NCBI GenBank assembly: GCA_041664245.1
Contig: JBAYLC010000004.1
Location: forward strand, 16,932 to 80,931
Origin: Minisyncoccota bacterium
GTDB lineage: Bacteria > Patescibacteriota > Minisyncoccia > UBA6257 > 2-01-FULL-56-20
Length of the DNA: 64,000 bases
Direction of reading: 5' to 3'
Positions 38,678 through 47,745 of the stretch are shown here, piece by piece. Every line of letters begins with the position of its first letter. The first letter of the stretch is position 1. A program made the position numbers and the translations under genes. The notes below the pieces were generated by a model that did not search any database, was not told the DNA's origin, and saw only the letters and a list, made by a program, of their open reading frames with translations.

Positions 38678-39169
38678 TCAAACATGGCGATCCGCCACAT
38701 TCGACGCCGCATAGCTCATTGGCTTTGTTTTCGGCTCAAAATTGTAGGCCCTAATCATCCCCACCACTTCTTGCATCATCGCTTTGGTCGGCCCCTTCTC
38801 GCCAATATCGGCGTGAATTTCAAAATCAAAATCAACCGCTTTAAACTTTTGAAATTCTTCCAATAACTTTTGGGCTGCCTCTAATGAAATCATCACCTCT
38901 TTTATTATTCTATCCCGCAAGTTATAAAACTTCCCCAATTCTATTCGCCGCCAGAAATACCGCCCGCCGTTTCCTACTCGGTGGACTACAATTGCCGTCA
39001 CAAAATCCGCCTGCTTGTTACTAAGTAAAAGCGAATCGGTCCCGATTGTAATTTTATAGCGTCGTTTCTGGTCAGCCTCCATAAATCGGATAATTTCTAG
39101 AACCACCTGATTTACAGAAAACCTTAGACCCAACGAGCTATTAAATAATAGTTCCTTCATTTCTTTCAT
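38678..39169 (-). CDS. RNase H-like YkuK/DUF458 family protein
   Basis: IGTDS, TAIVVHRVGNGGRYF, EIHADIG..GPT, KPMSYAASNVADRH. Confidence 0.85.
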   Translation of the reverse strand: MKEMKELLFNSSLGLRFSVNQVVLEIIRFMEADQKRRYKITIGTDSLLLSNKQADFVTAIVVHRVGNGGRYFWRRIELGKFYNLRDRIIKEVMISLEAAQKLLEEFQKFKAVDFDFEIHADIGEKGPTKAMMQEVVGMIRAYNFEPKTKPMSYAASNVADRHV

Positions 39170-39202
39170 TTTACATACTATATAACCTACCTTCTGATGT
39201 AA

Positions 39203-39238
39203 ATAAAAGGAGCCCGCGTGTGAAGAATCGAGGACTCC
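39203..39238 (-). terminator. Probable intrinsic terminator of the orphan gene
   Basis: Minus strand ggagtcctcg...cgcgggctcc followed by ttttattt. Confidence 0.45.
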
Positions 39239-39274
39239 CTAAAAGAAAACCAGTTACTCATCCCTAAGGATCTC

Positions 39275-39649
39275 CTATCTTTTGACTCCAGATTCCTGCG
39301 ACAAGGCATCGAACTCCCACTTCTCCAATAACTCATCAGCTACTATAACGCCTCCACTCGCCAATAATCTTAAATCCTTAAGAATATCAGCTGGTTTCAG
39401 TTGTTTAGCTTTAATTCTTTGGAGTAAGTCATCAATCGAGATTTCACAGTCTGGAATTACCAGTTCGTCATTGCCAACCTTACTCGCATCCGTCACTAAC
39501 TTATTCAGTCTGCGACGGGATTCAACCAGGTCCAGCTTCCCGTTGAACAATTCGAATAAAACTTTACCGAGATCGCTAATGTTGATTTTTTTGAGTCCGA
39601 TCAACACAACGATTCTCTGGATCAGATCCGTAAAGAAAACTTCTGGCAT
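39275..39649 (-). CDS. Orphan hypothetical protein with an internal repeat
   Basis: Strong SD AGAAAGGAGGTGAG before ATG 39649; upstream TTGACG-16-TAACCT; DLIQRI and DLLQRI repeats. Confidence 0.65.
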   Translation of the reverse strand: MPEVFFTDLIQRIVVLIGLKKINISDLGKVLFELFNGKLDLVESRRRLNKLVTDASKVGNDELVIPDCEISIDDLLQRIKAKQLKPADILKDLRLLASGGVIVADELLEKWEFDALSQESGVKR

Positions 39650-39850
39650 TTCTCTCACCTCCTTTCTAGTTGTTATGGCGGTTGTATAAATTTCTATTCT
39701 CAGGTTACCACTCTTTCTAAAGACGTCAAGAAATAGAACTTTTTTAAATTATAAAGTTACAAACTTAAGGTGTAGCATACTAGCCTACGAACACCAAAAA
39801 AATAGGAAGTGAAAAAACGATCAGAATAATAAAATTTCTATGTAACTGAT

Positions 39851-42052
39851 CTAAAGTCCAGTATACAAATAATCCCCGTAAATTTTTTTAGTCTTATCAT
39901 AAATAGCTTTCCTAAAATCAGCCGGGATTTTTTGGTCGTATGAAGTTGTTATCTCTCCGGAGTAGTGAACCAGAATATCCATGTATCGCAAGCACTTTTC
40001 TCTATTGTCGCCGTTGCTATAGCCCCTAAGCTTAGCATCAGTACCGGATTTTCTAATTTGAACAAACATGTTTTCAAAAGCCAAATATGTAGCATCTCCG
40101 GTAAAACGAACATCTTCTAGGCTAGAAAAATCAAGCTCTGGCATGGCTTCTCTGAAAATTTCCTTCGCGTCACCAACGGCTATGAGTCCTTCTTTAAGGG
40201 CTAAAACAACACCAAGATAATAAAGATCTATTTTATCCCGCTTAACTTCACCCTGCGCTTTTTCAGCAAGAAGTTTTACTGGATCTGGTTCGCTCTCGTT
40301 ATAGTAAGTTATATCCACCCGTTCGTAATAACGATAAACAATTCTGCATTCTTTAAATATTTCTTCTAAATAATCGGCCATTGTCTGTTTTTTTAAAAAG
40401 AGATGCGCCGCCAAAGCCGATGCAATAATTGAAGCCTCACCGGCACTTTTTTCTCTCATCACAATCGCCTTCCTTCCGCCGCGACTCTGAACTATATTTT
40501 CCGGACCGATAATCATACCTCCGCTTTCCTCGCCCGTAAAAATAATCCTAGGATCCACTCCTAAGTTTATTCCTTTTGTCCAAATATCATTTACAATCAC
40601 TTCCTTGTCCGGCTCTGAAAATAGCTTTTTCTCCGCCTTCTTTATTATTGTCGCAATCTCCTTAAACCCTACCGGCGTTGTCAAAATTTTAACTCCCTGC
40701 GCCCTTCCCCACTCATTCCAAGCCCGTGAGCATGGCGTCGTCACAATCATAAACCTCGGATGATCACTCCATCTTCCTGAGTTTTTAAGCTGCTTGGCAT
40801 AAAAATCCATCACCATTAAAAAAGAAAATGTGGGATGATAAAACGAAGCTATCCTTTTTTCATCGATCGGAATGCAGTAAACACCTAAACTTCTTAAATT
40901 TTCCGCATTTGAAGCCTCCTCAATCTGTCCCATTGTTAGCCGATCGCCATCAGGATCGGTAATAAGAAAAACATATCCAATCGGCTTTTCTTTTAAAAAA
41001 TAATCATAAGACATCGTCTCTTGTACTTCCGGCAAAGATGCATCACAAGAAAGATCAAAAAATTCCTCTTTCCCGGTTTTGGGATTAGCTTTCTTAGTTT
41101 TACCTACTCCGTGAAAAAATGGATCTTCTAATTGGTTGTTCCACTCAAACGCTTCAAAAATTCCAAAATATTTTAAAAGTGGCACCATTGTCCTATACAT
41201 ACAACCACCCACTGTTTCGAACATGAGCCTCATACCATTACTTGTCGCATTTTTTATAAGACTCAAATTCTCCTCAGATGCAATTCCTTGTCTTAGATAA
41301 TTAGCATATGCCTCTATACCATCAACGTCCTGAACTACAAATGAATTTGTTTTTGGTGAAAGAGTGATAATGTAACCTTCCGGTGATTCTTTCGCTACTT
41401 TAATAATTCCCTCAATCTTGTCTATAAAAGCCATCGACATCTCCGGCAGAAACTGACTCCCTTGATTATCAAGATCCTTTGTAGCCGTCTTGCCACTTAT
41501 GGCGTGGCTTGAAGTCACGAACTCCCCGCCGTCATAATCCATCATGAAAATTAAAAACGAGGTGAGCCAAATTGCCACAACTTGATTATCAGAAGTCTGA
41601 TGAGTGTAGATACCTTGCGCCGAGTGAATCCTCGAAATTAACTCTATGTACTGTTTGGTATTATATCTTACCTCCCCAGCCACCAATTTATTAATTTCCC
41701 GATCTTTAATTCTGTCTTTTAAAACTAGGCTCTTCCCTAGGGTCGCTAAAACTACGCCTATTTGATTCAACGGAAACCTTGAGTCCCACGGATATAAAAC
41801 ATTTTGAGGACCCCTAATACCGCCAGTTGAATGCATTGCTTCTTTTTTGTAATTCTCCAACCATCCTTCAAGATTATATTTCTCCACAAATTCTCTATTT
41901 ATAATCAGCTTAATTTCTCCCTCATCCCTAAGATTGAATATCGGATTTTTCTTAATCCACTCCGGCGTAGCTCCCTCCACTCTTTCGTAATATTCTTCTT
42001 TTAAAGCTTGTAGAAACCCCTCCCGATCTTCTTTACTCTTAAAAATTTTCAT
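39851..42052 (-). CDS. Alpha-D-phosphohexomutase superfamily protein (PGM/PMM-like)
   Basis: STGGIRG, TSSHA (phospho-Ser loop), DPDGDR metal loop, GEESGG, RKSGTDAKLR. Confidence 0.85.
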   Translation of the reverse strand: MKIFKSKEDREGFLQALKEEYYERVEGATPEWIKKNPIFNLRDEGEIKLIINREFVEKYNLEGWLENYKKEAMHSTGGIRGPQNVLYPWDSRFPLNQIGVVLATLGKSLVLKDRIKDREINKLVAGEVRYNTKQYIELISRIHSAQGIYTHQTSDNQVVAIWLTSFLIFMMDYDGGEFVTSSHAISGKTATKDLDNQGSQFLPEMSMAFIDKIEGIIKVAKESPEGYIITLSPKTNSFVVQDVDGIEAYANYLRQGIASEENLSLIKNATSNGMRLMFETVGGCMYRTMVPLLKYFGIFEAFEWNNQLEDPFFHGVGKTKKANPKTGKEEFFDLSCDASLPEVQETMSYDYFLKEKPIGYVFLITDPDGDRLTMGQIEEASNAENLRSLGVYCIPIDEKRIASFYHPTFSFLMVMDFYAKQLKNSGRWSDHPRFMIVTTPCSRAWNEWGRAQGVKILTTPVGFKEIATIIKKAEKKLFSEPDKEVIVNDIWTKGINLGVDPRIIFTGEESGGMIIGPENIVQSRGGRKAIVMREKSAGEASIIASALAAHLFLKKQTMADYLEEIFKECRIVYRYYERVDITYYNESEPDPVKLLAEKAQGEVKRDKIDLYYLGVVLALKEGLIAVGDAKEIFREAMPELDFSSLEDVRFTGDATYLAFENMFVQIRKSGTDAKLRGYSNGDNREKCLRYMDILVHYSGEITTSYDQKIPADFRKAIYDKTKKIYGDYLYTGL

Positions 42053-42123
42053 AGTGTTTTAATTTTAATTGATAAGTTTGTATTTTTCCAATATTTATAA
42101 GAAAATAAGAGGGTTAATCGGAT

Positions 42124-44250
42124 ATGGCTAAACAAAAAAGAAAGAAATTCGACGAAGAGGAAGAAACCGAAGACGAAGATAACGGCAATCGTTATCTCCA
42201 TCCCGACACCAAAAATAGCATCTGGGGCATCATTTTTTTTGCCCTCGCGGTAATTTTAATTCTCGCCGGCATCCACAAAGCCGGTTCAGCGGGCGAATCA
42301 ATTTTTAGTTTTTTCACCACCCTCTTCGGCTGGGGTTACTTTATCTTGCCGGTCAGCTTAATCCTTATTGCCGGTGTTTTCCTCCTCTCCCATCGAAAAA
42401 AAATGGCCTGGTTAACTTTCCTCGGCGCCGGACTTTTTGTTTTTTCTTTTTTGGGCTTGATAGAAATCTTTAAAACCGATAAAGGCGGCTGGCTCGGCAA
42501 AGCTTTTGGCTCCTTAAAGAATCCTTTTGGTGATGTTGCCGCCACCGTCATTAATATTGCTATCTTTCTTATCTCTATTCTTATTACTCTGAACCTGCCC
42601 CTAAAAATAAAATTGCCAAAGTGGGATAAAAAACAAAAAATCACCGGTGAAAATAAAAATGAAGAAGTTGATAAAGAAAAACCCGAAGAAGAGGCAGGCG
42701 ATGAAGAAGAGAATGAAGAGGAAGACGAACCCGAAGAAGAGCCAAAAGAAGAAAAAAATCTTATCAAAACCTTCGGCCTTTTTCCGCCTAAAACAAAAAA
42801 GACTGTCGCCAAAATTAAAAACTACGTTCCCCCGCCCCTTGATCTTCTTAGATCCTCTGCCGAAAAGCCAACCACCGGCGATCTTCGCGCCAACGCCAAC
42901 ATAATCAAACGCACCTTAGAAAGTTTCGGTATTATGGTTGAAATGGGTGAAATAAATATTGGCCCCAAGGTTACCCGCTACACCCTGAAACCCGCCGAAG
43001 GCATTAAACTCTCTCGAATCACCGCCCTAAACCAAGACCTCTCTCTTGCCCTTGCCACTCATCCGATTCGCATCGAAGCTCCAATCCCCGGCCGATCTTT
43101 AGTTGGTATCGAAGTTCCGAATAAAGCCGCCGCCTTAGTTCGATTGGGCAGTTTAATCATCTACCCCGAATTCCAGCAGGTCGGCCACCTCGGTTTTGCT
43201 CTCGGCCGCAATGTGAGCGGCGAACCAGTCTTTGCTTCAATTGAAAAAATGCCCCATCTTTTAGTTGCCGGTGCAACCGGTTCTGGCAAATCAATTATGA
43301 TCCATTCCATTATCGTTTCTCTTCTTTACCGCAACTCTCCTGCTACTCTAAAGATGATTTTAGTCGATCCCAAAAGAGTTGAGCTTTCCGTCTACGAAGG
43401 CCTGCCTCATCTCGCCACTCCCGTTATCACCGAAAACAAAAAAGCGATTAACGCTCTTCGCTGGGCTTTGGCCGAAATGGATCGCCGTTACGACATTCTT
43501 CTAAAAGCCGGCCGTCGAGACATTAAGGGTTACAACGAAACTAAACCCGAAGAACCGCTTCCCTATCTACTCATCGTTGTTGATGAACTTGCCGACTTGA
43601 TGACCACCTACGGCCGCGATGTCGAAGGCTACATCGTCCGTCTTGCTCAAATGGCGCGCGCTACCGGTATCCACTTAATTCTTTCTACTCAACGGCCCTC
43701 GGTTGAAGTCATCACCGGCTTAATCAAAGCCAACATCACCAGCCGCATCGCCCTCCAGGTCGCCAGCCAAATCGATTCTCGAACAATCCTCGATACTGCT
43801 GGCGCGGAAAAACTTCTAGGCGGCGGTGACTTATTATTCGTCTCATCTGAATTATCCAAACCAAAACGCATCCAAGGCGCTTACATTCCTGAAGAAGAAG
43901 TTACCAAAGTAGTGGAATTCATAAAAGAAAATAACCAGCCGGAGGAAAGCGAAGAAGAAATTAATCTAGAAAATAACAACCATTCTCTAAATCAAAAAGA
44001 TGTTCTAGACGGTTATAGCGAGGAAGGCAGCGATGATGAACTCTACCTTGAGGCCATCGAAGTAGTGCGAGAAGCCAAAAAAGCCTCCGCCTCTCTTCTT
44101 CAACGCCGGCTCAAGGTCGGCTACGCTCGCGCCGCTCGGCTTTTAGACTTAATGGAAGAAAACGGCGTTATTGGCCCCGGTGACGGCGCCAAGCCTAGAG
44201 ATGTTTATCTTGATGATAAAATCGGCGGAGATTTTCCAGGGTCAAATTAA
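42124..44250 (+). CDS. ftsK: DNA translocase FtsK/SpoIIIE
   Basis: Four N-terminal TMs, PHLLVAGATGSGKS, DELADLM, TQRPS, gamma domain SASLLQRRLKVGYARAARL. Confidence 0.97.
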   Translation: MAKQKRKKFDEEEETEDEDNGNRYLHPDTKNSIWGIIFFALAVILILAGIHKAGSAGESIFSFFTTLFGWGYFILPVSLILIAGVFLLSHRKKMAWLTFLGAGLFVFSFLGLIEIFKTDKGGWLGKAFGSLKNPFGDVAATVINIAIFLISILITLNLPLKIKLPKWDKKQKITGENKNEEVDKEKPEEEAGDEEENEEEDEPEEEPKEEKNLIKTFGLFPPKTKKTVAKIKNYVPPPLDLLRSSAEKPTTGDLRANANIIKRTLESFGIMVEMGEINIGPKVTRYTLKPAEGIKLSRITALNQDLSLALATHPIRIEAPIPGRSLVGIEVPNKAAALVRLGSLIIYPEFQQVGHLGFALGRNVSGEPVFASIEKMPHLLVAGATGSGKSIMIHSIIVSLLYRNSPATLKMILVDPKRVELSVYEGLPHLATPVITENKKAINALRWALAEMDRRYDILLKAGRRDIKGYNETKPEEPLPYLLIVVDELADLMTTYGRDVEGYIVRLAQMARATGIHLILSTQRPSVEVITGLIKANITSRIALQVASQIDSRTILDTAGAEKLLGGGDLLFVSSELSKPKRIQGAYIPEEEVTKVVEFIKENNQPEESEEEINLENNNHSLNQKDVLDGYSEEGSDDELYLEAIEVVREAKKASASLLQRRLKVGYARAARLLDLMEENGVIGPGDGAKPRDVYLDDKIGGDFPGSN

Positions 44251-44273
44251 AAAAATATTTAGAATAGGAAAAA

Positions 44274-44987
44274 ATGGATTTTCAAATTTTCTTTGCCAAA
44301 AAACTAAAAGAGTCAGGGCTAACTCTTAAAAAACTCTCTGAACTCTCCGGCATCAGCCTTAAGCATCTCGAAAATATGAATTCGGGAAATTGGAACAATC
44401 TTCCGCCTGCTCCCTATCTCCGCGGCTATTTTTTAAAACTCGGGCAAATCCTAGAATTTAACGGCGAAGAACTCTGGGAATACTTTCAAAAAGAAACCGA
44501 AGTCTCCATCTCCGGCCCAAACGACACTTTACCAAAAAACCGATTCGTCAAAAAATCTTCTCTCAAAAAAATTTGGCTCGTCGTTATAGCGGTAATTATC
44601 TTAGGGTTTTTAGGTTATCGTCTTCCTAAAATTTTAGGCCGGCCGCAAGTCACCGTTTTTTCTCCGACCGATGAAACCACAATTATCACCAGCTCCACCT
44701 ACACTCTAAGCGGCAAAATTTTAAACGGCGACAAACTAACAATCTATCAAAACAGCGCCGATAACGGCGAAGTTGTCGGCTTGGCTAACGACGGCACCTG
44801 GCAAAAAGAAATTCTCCTTCAGCCCGGCCCCAATCAGATAAATATTATTGGCTCAAAATTCTTGGGCCGGCAAACCGAAGTTATTCGCCAGATTATCTTC
44901 GATGAACAAAAAGGAACTTCCAGTTTAAAAAATATCGATTCCCAATCATCTTCAACTATCACTTCTTCCACCCCCTCTTCAACTTAA
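44274..44987 (+). CDS. RodZ-like HTH membrane protein with C-terminal Ig-like domain
   Basis: N-terminal HTH (GLTLKKLSELSGISLKHL...LPPAPYLRGY), TM helix, beta-rich tail; follows ftsK. Confidence 0.75.
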   Translation: MDFQIFFAKKLKESGLTLKKLSELSGISLKHLENMNSGNWNNLPPAPYLRGYFLKLGQILEFNGEELWEYFQKETEVSISGPNDTLPKNRFVKKSSLKKIWLVVIAVIILGFLGYRLPKILGRPQVTVFSPTDETTIITSSTYTLSGKILNGDKLTIYQNSADNGEVVGLANDGTWQKEILLQPGPNQINIIGSKFLGRQTEVIRQIIFDEQKGTSSLKNIDSQSSSTITSSTPSST

Positions 44988-45002
44988 AAAGTTATATCTA
45001 TT

Positions 45003-45038
45003 AAAATAAAAAGCCGGAAGTCCTTACAACCTCCGGCT
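45003..45038 (-). terminator. Intrinsic terminator closing the minus-strand SD-rich unit
   Basis: Minus strand gccggagg-ttgtaagga-cttccggc followed by tttttatttt. Confidence 0.7.
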
Positions 45039-45504
45039 CATCCTCCACCCTGGAGAGCGGTGAACTGTGCGAATCATCAACCATAAAACGTAAAGTTGCT
45101 CTCCATTATCCCCAAAAAGCCCTACGGTCCCGTAGTACCATCGCCCAAAGCTTTCCGCATCTTCATCCTCCCTCTCCCGGGTATCGTGGCCGATTCGGTT
45201 CTGCTGGATCAAATAATTTCTGCATCATCAACCTCCATCGGACGGTTGTAGTAAAATCAACCTCCGCCTATCAGGATCGCCAATGTCCACTTGACTACCC
45301 CCTGCATAAATATCGAGGCTGTTCATTTCTTCCGTAATTACCTCCCATAGGAAATTTAACCACGATTATTCACCAGAGAATTTTGTAATTCCCCGAAAAG
45401 TTCTCTCATGATCACCCCCTTCAATCGCTTTCAGTAAGGTCAAGCTCCCGGCAACAACCTAGTGGAATGATCACAATTACTCTCATTACCTTATCACCTC
45501 CTTT
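45024..45504 (-). other. SD-motif-rich unit: chain of micro-ORFs or a GGAGG-repeat RNA
   Basis: Seven GGAGG and two GGGGG motifs; micro-ORFs at 45486-45421, 45409-45356, 45348-45295, 45290-45228, 45225-45163, 45160-45122, 45106-45077 and 45077-45024. Confidence 0.5.
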
Positions 45505-45556
45505 ATAAGAACCTCACTTGCCAAAATCAAGTTACTACTTTCAAATTATCATAAAT

Positions 45557-45585
45557 TTGCCCCAATTTCAAAACTTCCCTAAAAT
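45557..45585 (+). promoter_or_regulatory. Sigma70 promoter of recA, leaderless geometry
   Basis: TTGCCC-17 bp-TAAAAT; ATG 6 nt downstream. Confidence 0.55.
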
Positions 45586-45591
45586 TAACCT

Positions 45592-46641
45592 ATGCCAAAA
45601 AAACAAGCTAAGGACGAAAAAAACCAAAATAAAAATCAACTCGAAGGGCTTCTCGCTTCGCTCCGCGAAAAATTCGGCGATGGCGCAGTTATGATGCTCG
45701 GCGACGCCAGAAAAGTAGACGTGGCCGTCATCCCCACCGGCTCCTTCTCTCTCGATATTGCTCTCGGTGTTGGCGGTCTCCCTCGCGGCCGGATTGTGGA
45801 AATATTCGGCCCCGAAGGCAGCGGCAAAACCACCCTTGCCCTTAACGTTGTTGCTCAAGCCCAAAAACAAGGCGGTAAAGCCGCCTTCATTGACGCCGAG
45901 CATGCTCTTGATCCCGAATACGCCTCCCGGCTCGGCGTAAAAATAAACGACCTCCTTATCTCTCAGCCAGATAACGGCGAGGAAGCGCTGAACATCTTAG
46001 ACTCTCTTGTCCGCTCTGATATGATTTCGGTAATTGTCGTTGATTCGGTGGCCGCTCTCACTCCCAAAGCCGAAATTGAAGGCGAAATGGGTGCCCAATT
46101 CATCGGTCTCCAGGCGCGGATGATGTCTCAAGCGCTCCGCAAATTAACCGCTATCTCTGCTAAATCCCAAACCCTAATTATTTTCATCAACCAAATCCGA
46201 ATGCAAATCGGCATGATGTTCGGCAATCCCGAAACCACTCCCGGCGGCCGAGCGCTTAAATTTTACGCTTCGGTTCGCATCGACGTTCGCCGCATCGCTC
46301 AAGTCAAAAAAGGCGAAGACATCGTCGGCTCGCGCGTAAAAGCCAAGGTGGTCAAAAACAAAGTCGCCGCACCGTTTAAACTGGCTGAATTTGATATTAT
46401 GTTTGGCACCGGCATTTCTTATGAAGCCGATGTTTTAAATGCCGCCATCAAACACGGCGTCGTCAAAAAATCCGGCGCCAGTTATAGTTTTGAAAATGAA
46501 CGACTCGGCACCGGCTTCGACAATATTCGCGAAAAACTAAAGGGTGATAAAAAACTCCTCAAAGAAATTGAGAAGAAAGTTGAATCCGTACTTAAAAATA
46601 AAATCATCATAGAAGAACCCGCCGCCGAAACCCCCGCCTAA
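45592..46641 (+). CDS. recA: Recombinase RecA
   Basis: [51 protein letters not shown]. Confidence 0.99.
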   Translation: MPKKQAKDEKNQNKNQLEGLLASLREKFGDGAVMMLGDARKVDVAVIPTGSFSLDIALGVGGLPRGRIVEIFGPEGSGKTTLALNVVAQAQKQGGKAAFIDAEHALDPEYASRLGVKINDLLISQPDNGEEALNILDSLVRSDMISVIVVDSVAALTPKAEIEGEMGAQFIGLQARMMSQALRKLTAISAKSQTLIIFINQIRMQIGMMFGNPETTPGGRALKFYASVRIDVRRIAQVKKGEDIVGSRVKAKVVKNKVAAPFKLAEFDIMFGTGISYEADVLNAAIKHGVVKKSGASYSFENERLGTGFDNIREKLKGDKKLLKEIEKKVESVLKNKIIIEEPAAETPA

Positions 46642-46683
46642 TTAAAAGTCAGACTTTTTTTCGAATTATAATTCAACAAATAT

Positions 46684-47664
46684 TTAAAGTTTCGAAAGCG
46701 CCGCTCTTAAGCCTTCCTCCGACGTCGAAATAACAAAGTACTTACTATTAAACCAGCCATAAGTTAAACTTAAGCTCTGATTTTGAAACCGCAAAATTCG
46801 AGTTGGCTGACCGCTCTCCAAAACATCCCCAAAATTTCCGCTCGGCGAACCGGGATCATTCATAAATAAATAATTTAAATTTGGCGATTTCTCCAGTTTC
46901 GCTATTTCGGATTTCAAATACATCCAATTTTTGTCAGTCGCCAACTTGGCAATTATTCCCAGCCAAACGCCACTTTTGTTTTGGTAAGCGAACAAGGTAA
47001 AATCCGGTTCAAAATTAGTCGCCAAAAAATCTTCCGAGAGAATTTTTGAATTTGTTAAATAAAAAAATTCCGATATTGCTAAAGTTTGTCCTGGAATTTT
47101 TTCTAGATTGATCTCCAAAAAATCAGCGCTTTTATTTTGATTCGCGGCATCCTGAATCTTTGATTTTACTACACCGAAATCAGTCATTTTGGTTGGTGTA
47201 AAATCAACCGGAATCTTCACGATTTTAGCGCTGTTAATTTTTAAATATGAAATGTGATTGAACCTCGGCACCACTAAACTAGACGGCGTTACCGGAAGTG
47301 TTGGTGTTGTCGTTGAATTATCAACCACAACCGGCGGCGTTACCACTCCGTTATTTTGATCTTTAAATAAAATCGGATAGATAAACCAGCCCGCCGCTCC
47401 CACAAAAATTAAAGCCACTAATATAATCAGAAAAATTTTTAGTCCGTGGCTCTCTGGCTTATTCTCTTCTCTTATCAGCGGCGCCGCCTCCTGGCTCGGC
47501 GATTTTACATAAACTTTCTGCCCCTGAACAAAACCGCCGCCCGAAAGCGCCATTGCTTTTATATCCGAGCCCATTGTCCTAATAACCACCTCACTTGGCG
47601 GTGGTGCCACATAATCCCCCGCCACTTTATTATTTTGATTTTGTAATCCAGATACCTCTCCCAT
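46684..47664 (-). CDS. Hypothetical single-TM membrane protein
   Basis: IRTMGSDI N-terminal motif, one TM, Pro/Thr linker, large C-terminal domain; TGATAAAAT 6 nt before the ATG. Confidence 0.75.
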   Translation of the reverse strand: MGEVSGLQNQNNKVAGDYVAPPPSEVVIRTMGSDIKAMALSGGGFVQGQKVYVKSPSQEAAPLIREENKPESHGLKIFLIILVALIFVGAAGWFIYPILFKDQNNGVVTPPVVVDNSTTTPTLPVTPSSLVVPRFNHISYLKINSAKIVKIPVDFTPTKMTDFGVVKSKIQDAANQNKSADFLEINLEKIPGQTLAISEFFYLTNSKILSEDFLATNFEPDFTLFAYQNKSGVWLGIIAKLATDKNWMYLKSEIAKLEKSPNLNYLFMNDPGSPSGNFGDVLESGQPTRILRFQNQSLSLTYGWFNSKYFVISTSEEGLRAALSKL

Positions 47665-47686
47665 TTCCTAATTTTATCACGATAAA

Positions 47687-47714
47687 CAAAAAGTGCCCAT
47701 CATCTTAGGCACTT
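47687..47714 (-). terminator. Probable terminator after pnp
   Basis: aagtgcc...ggcactt inverted repeat with a minus-strand T tract. Confidence 0.5.
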
Positions 47715-47745
47715 CTTTATTTTCAAATTCTCTATTCTAAATTCT

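Noticed and set aside
39282-39689. 135-aa plus-strand ORF
   Set aside because: Antisense to the minus-strand ORF, which has the SD, promoter and terminator
45024-45212. 62-aa ORF from the track as a normal single gene
   Set aside because: Its TTG start lacks a suitably spaced SD; the SD motifs point to other short frames
45505-45591. LexA/SOS box upstream of recA
   Set aside because: No CTGT-N8-ACAG or GAAC-N4-GTTC motif was seen
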